DNA of 64,000 nucleotides from contig OZ251459.1 in the NCBI GenBank assembly GCA_965242525.1, positions 1,152,001 to 1,216,000 of the forward strand. Reading direction: 5' to 3'. Position numbers and translations under genes: made by a program. The stretch comes from an uncultured Candidatus Binatia bacterium (lineage in GTDB: Bacteria; Desulfobacterota; Binatia; UBA9968; JAJDTQ01). This document shows, in pieces, positions 19,765 to 29,167 of this stretch. Position 1 is the stretch's first letter. Each line of letters opens with the position of its first letter. A model generated the notes under the pieces. The model made no database searches, had not been told where the DNA came from, and saw only the letters and a list, made by a program, of their open reading frames with translations.

Positions 19765-22143
19765 ATGACGACCCCCTCGACGCAGTTATGGCGCGTCCCG
19801 TTCCCGGTGTGGGCGCTGGCGGTCTGCCTGCTGTTCGCAGCCGTCGGCTTCGCCGTCCTCGACGACTACGGCGTAGTGAGGGACGAAGTGACCCAGCGCA
19901 AAGTCGGACACGCCGCGGTCAACTACGTCCTGGGGGAGAGCGACGCGCTACGGCCAGGCTACTACAGATTCTATGCAAACGCATTCGAGACTTTCCTCGC
20001 GCTGGCCGAGCGCCTCCCGGGGCTGGACGACAGCCGCAGCGCCTACCTCGCCCGGCACCTCCTGACCCACCTCTTCTTCCTGCTCGGAGGGTTCTTCTGC
20101 TCCCTGCTCGCCTACCGCATGTCCGACAGCCGACTCCTGGCCCTCTTCGCACTCCTCCTCTTCCTCCTCCATCCCAGGCTCTACGGCCACTCCTTCGTCA
20201 ACTCCAAGGACATCCCCTTCCTCGTGATGTTCATGGTTTCCCTCTACCTGGTCCACCGGGCCTTCCGGCGGGACACCCTCCGCGCATTCGTCCTCTGCGG
20301 CGCGGGCGTGGGCATGCTCGCCAACTTCCGCAGCATGGGGGTCCTGCTCTTCGCCGCAGTCCTGGCCTTGCGGGCCTGCGACCTCTTCCAGGTGTCGGAA
20401 GACCAGGAGCGCAAGCGCGTCCGCAACACCGGGTTCGCCTTCGCGGCCGCGGGCGCCCTGACCCTCTACGCCACATCCCCCTGGCTCTGGCGCAACCCTT
20501 TCGAGTTCGTCATGGCCTTGGCCATCCTGTCCCGATACCCCGACCCACTCGCTTCGTTCTTCCAGGGTCAGGTGGTTAGCTGGCCGGACATTCCGCCCCA
20601 CTACATCCCCGTCTGGATCGCCGTCACCACGCCCCCGGTGGTCCTCCTGCTCGGCCTCGCCGGAGCCGCTTCCCTGGTCCGCTCCCTGTGGGTCCGTCCC
20701 CGGGACGCCCTCCGCAACACGGACCTGCGCTTCGTCTGCCTGCTCGCCGCTTGCCTCGTGTTGACCGTCCTTGCCGTCGTCCTCATCGGCTCCAACCTCT
20801 ATGACGCGTGGCGCCACGTCTATTTCCTCTACGCCCCGCTCTGCCTGCTGGCCGTGTTCGGCCTTCGATGGCTGGCTTCGCTTTGCGCACGGCCCGCGCT
20901 GCGGAAGGGCGTCTATGCCGCTGCCGCGGCGGGCGTGGCCGTTGCAGCCGTCGAAACGGTCTCCATCCATCCCTACCAGGCGCTCTATTTCAACTCCCTG
21001 GTGGACCGCCACGCCCCCGAGCGCCTGCGCAGCCGGTACGGCATGATCTACTCGGGCCTGGCGTACCGGGAGGGGCTGGAACACCTGCTCCGGCGCCATC
21101 CCTCTTCACCCGTTTACGTGGGCCGCTCGATGCTCCATGTGCGTTATATCGGGTTCTCGAACCTGGAGATCCTTCCGCCGGAGGACCGGCGAAGGATCGT
21201 CAGGAGGGCGGGGATGCAATGGTGGGGTGACTATTACGTTTCCGGCCCCGGCTCCTTCTTCCGCAAACGGGTGAGGGCCAGACCCTACGGACCGCCCTTC
21301 GCGCCCGTCGTCCACTCCCGCAAGCTCTACAACAACACCATCCTCACGGTGACCGCGGCCGACCCCTCCCTGGTGAGCGAAGCCGCCGCGGACGACTACC
21401 GGGAAATATACAGATCCCTCAAGTCCACCACCCCGGTCGCCGAGTCCGACTTCGACCTATACATCGACGGAAAGACCCTGACCTACCTGAGGGAGTCCTG
21501 CCGTCCGCGGGACGTCCGCATGCCCTTCTCCCTGCGGGTCTTCCCCGTCCGGGTCCGGGACCTCGCCCCACAGCACCGCCGGCAAGGCTTCGAACCGCTG
21601 CCTTTCGAGTTCGCCCGCTACGGCGTCCATATCGACGGCAAGTGCATGCTGCGCCTCCGGCTGCCCGACTACCCCGTCCGCGCCATCGAGACCGGCCAGA
21701 GGAAACCCCGTTCGGGCAGACGCTGGCGAGTCGCCGTCAGCCTGCCGCCCAACGGACCGGTCTCTGCCCGGGTGCGGGAAGAGACGTTCCCCGGGGCGTC
21801 CGCCAAGCCCGTCGCCCAGTCCCGCTTCGACGTCTACCTCCGCGGGGACACCCTGGCCTACCTCAGGGACCCGTGCGTCCGGGAGGACACCGCCACGCGC
21901 TTCTTCCTGCACCTGGTTCCGTCGGACCCGGCCGATCTTCCTTCCCATCGAAGGCGGTGGGGCTACGACAACCTCGACTTCCCTTTCGGAAGGGCCGGCG
22001 CGGTCCGGGACGGGAAATGCCTGGCCCTGGTCGAACTCCCCGGCTATGGAATCGCCCGTATCCGCACGGGCCAGTTCGTCAAACTCCCCAGCCTCCCCAG
22101 CCGGAAGACATGGGAGGCGGACATCGACCTCCGCCGCCCCTGA
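19765..22143 (+). CDS. GT-C (ArnT/PMT-like, GT39-type) membrane glycosyltransferase with two C-terminal Cys-pair domains
   Basis: DYG..DE after TM1, PRLYGHSF.N.KDIPF, YD.WRH..F, HPYQ..YFN; two copies of the S.FD.Y...C...GKC...LP.Y...I.TGQ domain. Confidence 0.8.
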   Translation: MTTPSTQLWRVPFPVWALAVCLLFAAVGFAVLDDYGVVRDEVTQRKVGHAAVNYVLGESDALRPGYYRFYANAFETFLALAERLPGLDDSRSAYLARHLLTHLFFLLGGFFCSLLAYRMSDSRLLALFALLLFLLHPRLYGHSFVNSKDIPFLVMFMVSLYLVHRAFRRDTLRAFVLCGAGVGMLANFRSMGVLLFAAVLALRACDLFQVSEDQERKRVRNTGFAFAAAGALTLYATSPWLWRNPFEFVMALAILSRYPDPLASFFQGQVVSWPDIPPHYIPVWIAVTTPPVVLLLGLAGAASLVRSLWVRPRDALRNTDLRFVCLLAACLVLTVLAVVLIGSNLYDAWRHVYFLYAPLCLLAVFGLRWLASLCARPALRKGVYAAAAAGVAVAAVETVSIHPYQALYFNSLVDRHAPERLRSRYGMIYSGLAYREGLEHLLRRHPSSPVYVGRSMLHVRYIGFSNLEILPPEDRRRIVRRAGMQWWGDYYVSGPGSFFRKRVRARPYGPPFAPVVHSRKLYNNTILTVTAADPSLVSEAAADDYREIYRSLKSTTPVAESDFDLYIDGKTLTYLRESCRPRDVRMPFSLRVFPVRVRDLAPQHRRQGFEPLPFEFARYGVHIDGKCMLRLRLPDYPVRAIETGQRKPRSGRRWRVAVSLPPNGPVSARVREETFPGASAKPVAQSRFDVYLRGDTLAYLRDPCVREDTATRFFLHLVPSDPADLPSHRRRWGYDNLDFPFGRAGAVRDGKCLALVELPGYGIARIRTGQFVKLPSLPSRKTWEADIDLRRP

Positions 22144-22151
22144 AACGCCCG

Positions 22152-23549
22152 TCACGACTCGCGGTCCTGTTTCAGGTACTCGTTCAGGTCGATCTTCCGC
22201 CACAGTTCCGGGTCCGGCTCGATCCTGGTCTCGAACTCCGTCTCCACCGGCCGGGTGGCGTCGATGACCAGGTGGGTGGTCATGGGACCCCGGCCGGTCC
22301 GGGCCTCGTTGTAGGAGACCGGGTCGAGGTGGGCGCCCTTGACCCCCGGCAGGATGAGCAGGTCCCGGTCGGCCACCATCCGGGTGTTGACCGCCCAGGC
22401 CACTTCCCGTTCGTCGTAGACGTCCACGTCGTCGTCCACCACCACCGCGGTCTTGGCGTAGTTGTCGGTGGCCACCGCCACCAGTCCCGCCTGCTTGGCC
22501 TCTCCCGGAACCCTCTGCCGCAACGATACGTAGGCGCCCAGCCAGCCCATGACGTTGACCGACTCGAGGGTAGGGAACTGCGCGCGCAGCCGGTCGTAGA
22601 GGGCCATCTCCGCGCTCATGCTGGGGGCCAGGTTGTGCTCCCGGTGGGCCGAGTCCAGGTGGTGGTAGATGGCGTCCCGGCGCATGGTGACCGCGCTCAC
22701 GTCGATGACGTAGCAAGGCTTGTCGCCCACGCCGTAGTACCCCAGGTACTCGGCGTAGGGGCCGTCCGCGGCCATGACCGCGGGGTCGATGGTCCCTTCG
22801 ACGACGATCTCCGCCTGGGCCGGCACCGGCAGGTCCACGGTCTCGCCCCTGACCACCTCCAGGGGTTCCCCCAGGTAGCCGCCCATGAGGTCGAACTCCA
22901 CCACCCCCTTGCCCAGGGACGCCTGGAGCACCGCGGAATGGTGGCCGATGACCAGGGCCACCTCCATGGGTCGGCCCAACTCGGCGTAGCGCCGCGCGAT
23001 GTAGGCGCCGTCGTTGCCGGGGTTGATCATGCAGCCGAGCCGGTTTCGGCCCATCACCATGTGGCGGTAGATGCCCGCGTTGGGAACCCCCGTGTCCGGC
23101 CACTTGGCGATCATGAACCCCGCGCTGACGTACTTGCCCGCGTCCAGCCTGGAGTTGTGGATGATGGGCAGCACCCCCAGGTCCGCGGCCTCGCCTACGA
23201 ACCTCTCGTCCTTGACGGGCGCGTCCGCTTCGGCCACCCATCGAGGGTCCTCCCGCCGGGCGAGCTTCCTGCGCAGCACGTCGTAGATCTCCACCCGGGT
23301 CATGCGCCGAGGGTCGCAGCCGAGGCCCAGGGCCAGGAGCTCGAAGGAGCCGAACAGGTTGGTCACCAGCGGCAGCCGGCTGCCGCGGATCTCGGGACAA
23401 TAGATCACCGGGTTGCGTCCCTGGCTCGCCAGCTTGTGCTGGACGACGCTGACTTCGAGGTAGGGGTCCAGCGGCTTCGCGACCTCCACGTAGTTGCCGG
23501 GTCCCGTGTCCCGCACCAAACGCAGGAAATCTCTCAGGTTCGGGTTCAT
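22152..23549 (-). CDS. UbiD family prFMN-dependent (de)carboxylase
   Basis: N.GIYRH, VPA.AEIVVEG, DGPYAEY.GYY, VVVD.DVD, WA..TR, LDP, IDAT. Confidence 0.92.
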   Translation of the reverse strand: MNPNLRDFLRLVRDTGPGNYVEVAKPLDPYLEVSVVQHKLASQGRNPVIYCPEIRGSRLPLVTNLFGSFELLALGLGCDPRRMTRVEIYDVLRRKLARREDPRWVAEADAPVKDERFVGEAADLGVLPIIHNSRLDAGKYVSAGFMIAKWPDTGVPNAGIYRHMVMGRNRLGCMINPGNDGAYIARRYAELGRPMEVALVIGHHSAVLQASLGKGVVEFDLMGGYLGEPLEVVRGETVDLPVPAQAEIVVEGTIDPAVMAADGPYAEYLGYYGVGDKPCYVIDVSAVTMRRDAIYHHLDSAHREHNLAPSMSAEMALYDRLRAQFPTLESVNVMGWLGAYVSLRQRVPGEAKQAGLVAVATDNYAKTAVVVDDDVDVYDEREVAWAVNTRMVADRDLLILPGVKGAHLDPVSYNEARTGRGPMTTHLVIDATRPVETEFETRIEPDPELWRKIDLNEYLKQDRES

Positions 23550-23568
23550 AAGTGGCCGTCCCTTCTAA

Positions 23569-23678
23569 GGAAACTCTGAACAATTCCGGCTTGAACTCCA
23601 TCTCCCTGCGGGAAAGCGCGTCCTTCGACTTCGCTTCGCTACGCTCAGGACGAACGGAGTTGATTGTTCAGAGTTTCC
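23569..23678. mobile_element. 110 bp MITE with IS5-like ends and internal REP-like core
   Basis: Perfect 16 bp TIR GGAAACTCTGAACAAT, CTAA duplicated on both sides, core CGTCCTTCGACTTCGCTTCGCTACGCTCAGGACGAACGG. Confidence 0.85.
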
Positions 23679-23922
23679 CTAAGCTCGGATCAGCCTCGGA
23701 CCCTGTTCGACAACTCGTCTTTCAACGACGTTTCCCGGCCGTTGTCCCGCCGGTCAGGGATGAGGGTCCGAAGCGGAAGAACCCTTTGGCGCTTCCGGTT
23801 TTCGAGTGGGGGGGAGGATAGTAGGAGAAGGGGGTTGGGGGCAAGGGGAGGAAGGCAGGGAGATTGACGCCCGGACCGGGCCGCGGCTAAGCTGTTCCGC
23901 GGAAGCCGGGAGGCTGTGCCGA

Positions 23923-25128
23923 ATGCTTGACAAGCTGTCCGTCAGAACCTTCAAGTCCCTGGAGGACGTTACGGTTGACCTTGGATGGGTCAACGTCTTC
24001 GTCGGCGCCAACGGAAGCGGAAAGAGCAACTTGCTGGAAGCCCTGGGGATCCTCTCCGCGGCCGCGGACGGCAAGGTTGACGACCAGGCATTGCTCGCTC
24101 GCGGCGTCCGTCCCGGTCTTCCCACACTCTACAAGTCCGCCTTTCCGGTCAAGTCCGGGAGGAGGATTCCTCCCCATCTGTATTTCGGCGTATGCAGCGC
24201 GCGATCTCAATACGAAGTCTCGCTACACAATCCCTTGAAGGATCCTAAACCCGCCTGGAGATTCAAGACGGAGTTATGGAAAGAGGACGACAACACGCTG
24301 GTCGGACGCTCACCTGCCCAAAAACCCAAGAACGATCAACCCAAGACCAATCCTGAACGAGGACTGGCTGCGCTGAAGGCAGTGGAAGTCTCTGCAGGAC
24401 CCGCGCTCGATCTTCTCAGAACGCTGCAAGGCTACGTCATATTTTCACCGACCACTGCGGTCTTGCGCGGTGTTGCGCCGGAAACACAGCCAAGACAGCC
24501 GGTGGGCCTGTCCGGAGGAAATCTTCCACGAGCCATTCTGGAACTGCTCAGGCAGCGCAAACGGGACGACCGCAGTCGGCGGATTTGCCGGGAGGTGCTG
24601 GGACTCGTCGATTGGGCCGAGAGTTTCGGTTGGGCCTCTTCCGACCGACTACCGCTCTCTCCGAGTGCGGTGGCTTCGAGAGACGCAATCCGGTTTCGTG
24701 ACCGGTTCATGCGCAAGGACCGAAACGTCCTGTCCGGTTATGACGCTTCCGAAGGCGCCTTGTATGCCCTGTTCCTCGCGGTGGTTTCCGGACACGAAGC
24801 AAGTCCCGCGCTTTGCGCCGTGGACAACGCGGACCATGGACTGAACCCCAGGCTAGCCCGGTCTCTGATGGAGCGCCTGTGTCAATGGTATCTGGACTCG
24901 AGCCAGCCACGCCAGATCCTGCTGACCACGCACAACCCGTTGGTCCTGGACGGTCTGCCGTTGCAGGACGACCGCGTGCGGCTGTTTACCGTTTCCAGGA
25001 CCGCTTCGGGCCGTACCTCGGTCCGTCGTGTGGTCGTCGATGACCGTCTGCTGGAGAGAGCGGATCAAGGTTGGCCCTTGTCTCGACTGTGGGTGAGGGG
25101 AGACCTTGGAGGCGTTCCCAATGTCTGA
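23923..25128 (+). CDS. ABC/AAA-type ATPase (AAA_21-like)
   Basis: Walker A GANGSGKSN, ASEG signature, AVDN Walker B region, TTHNP H-loop; codon usage looks less GC-biased. Confidence 0.88.
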   Translation: MLDKLSVRTFKSLEDVTVDLGWVNVFVGANGSGKSNLLEALGILSAAADGKVDDQALLARGVRPGLPTLYKSAFPVKSGRRIPPHLYFGVCSARSQYEVSLHNPLKDPKPAWRFKTELWKEDDNTLVGRSPAQKPKNDQPKTNPERGLAALKAVEVSAGPALDLLRTLQGYVIFSPTTAVLRGVAPETQPRQPVGLSGGNLPRAILELLRQRKRDDRSRRICREVLGLVDWAESFGWASSDRLPLSPSAVASRDAIRFRDRFMRKDRNVLSGYDASEGALYALFLAVVSGHEASPALCAVDNADHGLNPRLARSLMERLCQWYLDSSQPRQILLTTHNPLVLDGLPLQDDRVRLFTVSRTASGRTSVRRVVVDDRLLERADQGWPLSRLWVRGDLGGVPNV

Positions 25129-25831
25129 GCCGTTGCGTATCGCGATTGTCGTCGAAGGACCCACCGACGAAATCGTGCTCAAGGCGGTCCTGGAAGCCCT
25201 GCTGCCGGATACGGATTTCGAGTTTCAGACGTTGCAGCCGGAGGGATCCGTTGCTTTCGGCTCTGCACCGTCCAGCGGAACGGGCGGGGGATGGGCCGGA
25301 GTCTATCGTTGGAGCCGTCAAGCGGTCTCCGAGGGCGGCGGTTCGGTGTCCGGTTCTTTGGCGCTGTTGAATCATGACGTGTTGATCGTGCACGTAGATG
25401 CGGACGTGGCGGGCAAGACGTACGCCGACGGCAAGATTCGAGACGCACCGTGCGAGGACTTGCCTTGCGAACAACCCTGCCCGCCGCCGCATGAAACCAC
25501 CAACGCCCTGCGAACGGTAGTCCTCAACTGGCTTGGCGAGCATGAACGTCCGCCGCGGATCGTCTTGTGCACGCCTTCGAAGAGCATCGAAGCCTGGGTG
25601 CTTGCCGCAATCTGTCCGAAGAACAACGTGGTCCGGCGAAACGATTGGGAGTGCCGCCCCAACCCGGAAGGCCAACTCGCAGCCTTGCCCATACACCAGC
25701 GGTTCAGGAAACGCCCGGAGGACTATCGAGGCAAGCAAGCCGAAATCACGGAGGCGTGGCCGAAAGTCTCCGCAAGGCTGACGGAGGCAGCGCGCTTCGA
25801 AGTGGAATTCCTTGCCGCGGTTCCTGCTTGA
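25121..25831 (+). CDS. TOPRIM-like (DUF4276-like) partner protein
   Basis: IVVEGPTD, HVDAD, IEAWVLA; overlaps the ATPase stop by 8 bp. Confidence 0.7.
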   Translation: MSEPLRIAIVVEGPTDEIVLKAVLEALLPDTDFEFQTLQPEGSVAFGSAPSSGTGGGWAGVYRWSRQAVSEGGGSVSGSLALLNHDVLIVHVDADVAGKTYADGKIRDAPCEDLPCEQPCPPPHETTNALRTVVLNWLGEHERPPRIVLCTPSKSIEAWVLAAICPKNNVVRRNDWECRPNPEGQLAALPIHQRFRKRPEDYRGKQAEITEAWPKVSARLTEAARFEVEFLAAVPA

Positions 25832-25860
25832 GTTTCGGCATGTAACATCCTGCAACCAAT

Positions 25861-25955
25861 TGGATTCCCGCTTTCGCGGGAATGACGGGGTGGGCGTCCG
25901 CGATAAGGACGGGAGGTGGGCGTCGGAGGAAACGACGGGGTGGGGCGTCCGCGAC
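25861..25955. repeat. REP-like hairpin ATTCCCGC-TTTC-GCGGGAAT followed by three degenerate ~20 bp direct repeats
   Basis: Perfect 8 bp stem; GACGGGGTGGGCGTCCGCGA-like units at ~25884, ~25908, ~25934. Confidence 0.65.
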
Positions 25956-26089
25956 GCCAAACCGAGGGCGGCATGGTCGGAATGGGAGGGAAGCGGACCT
26001 CATCGCGTGGGAGGGTGGGGTCACAACCCACACCAAACCCTGAAGCCCCGAGACGAACGAATACGCCGGGCGTGGACCCGCGGCGCGGG

Positions 26090-27070
26090 TCAGTCCCGCA
26101 CCAGCGGCAGGACCTCGGTGACGAAACGGCGGATCTGGGCCGATTGGTCGTGGGCGGTGAAGCGCAGGACCGGGGTGGTGACGCCCATGTCCAGCCACTC
26201 CCTGACCAGGGCCGCGCATTCCTCGGGGGGGCCGTGGGCGAGCCAGAGCCGGATGACGTCGTCGGTGGGCCAGGAGTCAGTGTAGTATTGGCGGAAGTAG
26301 TGCTTCGATTCCTCCCAGGCCGCGGCCTTGTCGTCGTTGACGTTGACCATGGCGTGGAGGCAGGTCTCGAACCGGCCCAGGTCCCGGCCCCGCCGGGCGG
26401 CCTCTTCCTGCAGGAAGTCCCAACGGCGGCGGAACTCGTCCGGGGCCACCGCGTCGGTCATGTAGCCGTCGCCCAGGCGCACGACCCGCTCCAGGGCGCG
26501 CTTCACCAGGGGGCCGTCGGCCAGGGGCCGCCGGGGGTTGACCGCGATCCAGATGGGGCAGGGGCGTTGCACCGGCTTGGGCAGGACGTCGTAGTCCTCC
26601 AGTGTGTAGAAGCGCCCCCGGTGGCGCACCTTTCCCTCGCTCCACAACGCGCGCAGCAAGGCCACCCCTTCCTCCAGCCGCGGGACCCGCTCGCCGGAGG
26701 TCTGCCCGAAGGCCCGGAGCTCGGGCTCGTGGCCGCCGCCGATGCACGCCCCGAGCACCGTGCGGCCGCCGGACACGTGGTCCAGGCTGGCCCACTGGAT
26801 GGCCAGCTCCACGGGATGGCGCAACGGAAAGGTGGCCATGCAGATGGTGCCCAGCCGCACCCGGCGGGTGCGCGCGGCGAGGTTCGACAGCATGACGATG
26901 GAGTCCATGCGGGGCTTGTGGATGAAGCTGTCGCCGACCCACACGGACTCGAAGGCGCCGGACTCCTCGGCTAGGGCCGCGGCCTCGAACAGGTCGTCCA
27001 CCGTGGCGAGACCGAACAGGACCCCGCGGTTCGGAAGGCTGAGGCCCCATCTCGTCGGCAGGTCGCGCAT
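26090..27070 (-). CDS. LLM class (luciferase-like) flavin-dependent oxidoreductase
   Basis: AE..G.FESVWVGD, T.RVRLGT, LDH.SGGR..LG, PKPVQ.P.PIW; start may be 27100. Confidence 0.9.
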   Translation of the reverse strand: MRDLPTRWGLSLPNRGVLFGLATVDDLFEAAALAEESGAFESVWVGDSFIHKPRMDSIVMLSNLAARTRRVRLGTICMATFPLRHPVELAIQWASLDHVSGGRTVLGACIGGGHEPELRAFGQTSGERVPRLEEGVALLRALWSEGKVRHRGRFYTLEDYDVLPKPVQRPCPIWIAVNPRRPLADGPLVKRALERVVRLGDGYMTDAVAPDEFRRRWDFLQEEAARRGRDLGRFETCLHAMVNVNDDKAAAWEESKHYFRQYYTDSWPTDDVIRLWLAHGPPEECAALVREWLDMGVTTPVLRFTAHDQSAQIRRFVTEVLPLVRD

Positions 27071-27348
27071 GGTTCCGGTCACCCGGAGCCTGTCTAACAT
27101 CAAACGGCGCCCAAGCGGAAGCCGCTTCGAGGAATACCCGACGGCCGGTATCCGTTTCGCTCCGCTCCGGTCCGCGGCGCATGGCCCGGGAGCCTCGGAA
27201 ACTCGGTTTGCATTCCAGACCGGAGGCGGGTAGGGTGCAGGCTTTCTTGGTCTGTCGGACGAGGAAGGGGAGACGGTCCTCCCCCGCGCGGCCGTTCCAG
27301 GACCGCGCCGGACGGCTCCGACAGTCGCTTCAACCGGAGGTTGCATCC

Positions 27349-29070
27349 ATGAATGACAAGAAGGTTCTGAACCGGGACCCGCGGCGTTACACGTTGCCGT
27401 CGGAGCGCGCCCGCGGGGCGGACACGCACGGTTATCTGCCGGAGCTTTGCGACCAACTCGAGACCGGCAAGATCACCCGGCGCGACTTCCTGCGCCAGGC
27501 CGCGCTCCTGGGCGTGGCCGCGGGCGCGGCCTATGCCGCGGCGAACCAGCTCGTGGGCGGCGCCCTGGTCGAGTCCGCTTCCGCGGCGACCCCGAAGCCC
27601 GGCGGGACCCTGAGGGTCTCCATGCGCATGCAGCAGATGACCGACCCGGCGACTTTCGACTGGGTCGAGAAGTCCAACGTCGCTCGGTTCGTGGTCGAGC
27701 ACCTGACCCGGACCCGGTCGGACAACGTGACGGTCCCCTACCTGGCTCGGAAGTGGGAAGCGTCGGACGACCTCAAGACCTGGGTGTTCCATCTGCGGGA
27801 CGACGTCACCTGGTCCAACGGCGACAGGTTCACCAGCGCGGACGTGGCCCACACGGTCAACCGCTGGCTGGACCCGGCCACCGGCTCCTCGAACCTGGGC
27901 CTCTTCGGCGCCATGGTGGAGGTGGGCGCCGACGGCAAGAAGCGCGGCATCGCCAACGCGGTGGAGGTCATCGACGACCACACCGTCAAGTTCAACCTGA
28001 AGCAGGCCACCCTGGCCATGCCGGAGAACTTCTACAACTACCCCACCGCCATCGTGCACCGGGGCTTCGGCAAGGACTACGAGGCGGACCTGTCCAGGAA
28101 CCCCGTCGGCACCGGCCCCATGACCCTGGCCGACTTCGCCATCGGCGAGCGGGCGATCCTGAAGAAGGCGCGGCCCTGGTGGGCCGGACCCTTCTACCTG
28201 GACGAGATCCACTACTTCGACCACGGCGAGGACACCAACGCCTGGGTGGCGGCGCTGGCGTCCCAGCAGGTGGACATGGTCTATAGCGTGCCCAACACCG
28301 CCATCGACACCCTGAAGCGCCTGCCGTTCGTGAACATCCACGAGGCGAGCACCGCGCAGACCGCGGTCATGCGCTTCCGCATCACCCACAAGCCCTTCGA
28401 CGACCTCAGGGTGCGCCAGGCCGTCGCCGCGTGCATGGACCACAAGGATATCCTGGACAAGGCGTACAAGGGCCTGGGGCAGGTGGCCGAGAACCACCAC
28501 GTCTGTCCCATCCACCCGGACTACGCGCCGCTGCCGCCGCTCAAGCGGGACGTGGACCTGGCGAAGAAGCTGCTGGCGGAAGCCGGTTTCGGCAAGGGCC
28601 TGACCCTGGAGATCGCCAACGGGGACTCCGAAGGACCGTGGATGACCGACGCCCTGGCGGTCTTCAAGAACCAGTTGGCCCCCGCAGGGATCACCCTGAA
28701 CATCAACAAGATGCCCACCAACCAGTACTGGGAGGTGTGGGACAAGGCGCCCTGGGGCTACACCGCGTGGACCCATCGTCCGCTCGGCACCATGGTGCTC
28801 GGCCTGGGCTACCGCTCCGGCGTGCCCTGGAACGAGACCGCCTACAACAACCCGAAGTTCGACGCCGCCCTCGACGACGCCGAGGGCACCCTGGACGTGA
28901 ACGAACGCAAGAAGAAGATGGCGGTCTGCGAGAAGATCCTCCAGGACGACGCCATCATCCCGCAGCCCTTCTGGCGCTCGATCTTCAAGGCGTCCAACAA
29001 GCGGGTCAAGGGTTTCCGACCCCATCCCACGCGATACCACCAGTTCGACACCGTGTGGCTGGAAGGCTAG
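27349..29070 (+). CDS. Peptide/nickel-family ABC substrate-binding protein, Tat-exported
   Basis: TRRDFL twin-arginine signal, PKPGGTL, LA..WE.S.D..TW.F.LR, GTGP, PFDD.RVRQA; RBS GGAGG. Confidence 0.92.
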   Translation: MNDKKVLNRDPRRYTLPSERARGADTHGYLPELCDQLETGKITRRDFLRQAALLGVAAGAAYAAANQLVGGALVESASAATPKPGGTLRVSMRMQQMTDPATFDWVEKSNVARFVVEHLTRTRSDNVTVPYLARKWEASDDLKTWVFHLRDDVTWSNGDRFTSADVAHTVNRWLDPATGSSNLGLFGAMVEVGADGKKRGIANAVEVIDDHTVKFNLKQATLAMPENFYNYPTAIVHRGFGKDYEADLSRNPVGTGPMTLADFAIGERAILKKARPWWAGPFYLDEIHYFDHGEDTNAWVAALASQQVDMVYSVPNTAIDTLKRLPFVNIHEASTAQTAVMRFRITHKPFDDLRVRQAVAACMDHKDILDKAYKGLGQVAENHHVCPIHPDYAPLPPLKRDVDLAKKLLAEAGFGKGLTLEIANGDSEGPWMTDALAVFKNQLAPAGITLNINKMPTNQYWEVWDKAPWGYTAWTHRPLGTMVLGLGYRSGVPWNETAYNNPKFDAALDDAEGTLDVNERKKKMAVCEKILQDDAIIPQPFWRSIFKASNKRVKGFRPHPTRYHQFDTVWLEG

Positions 29071-29090
29071 GACCCCGTCCGGGCGCGCGC

Positions 29091-29120
29091 CGGCGCGGGG
29101 GTCCCGTGACCCCCGCGCCG
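29091..29120. terminator. GC-rich hairpin after the binding-protein gene (mRNA-stabilising or attenuating)
   Basis: Perfect 13 bp stem CGGCGCGGGGGTC/GACCCCCGCGCCG, no U-tract. Confidence 0.5.
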
Positions 29121-29167
29121 CGGGCGCTCCGCCTGCGCCGGACATGGACTGAACACGGGAGACGGAC

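Noticed and set aside
27150-27176. Possible sixth copy of the REP-like core (TTTCGCTCCGCTCCG)
   Set aside because: Match too short and degenerate to support
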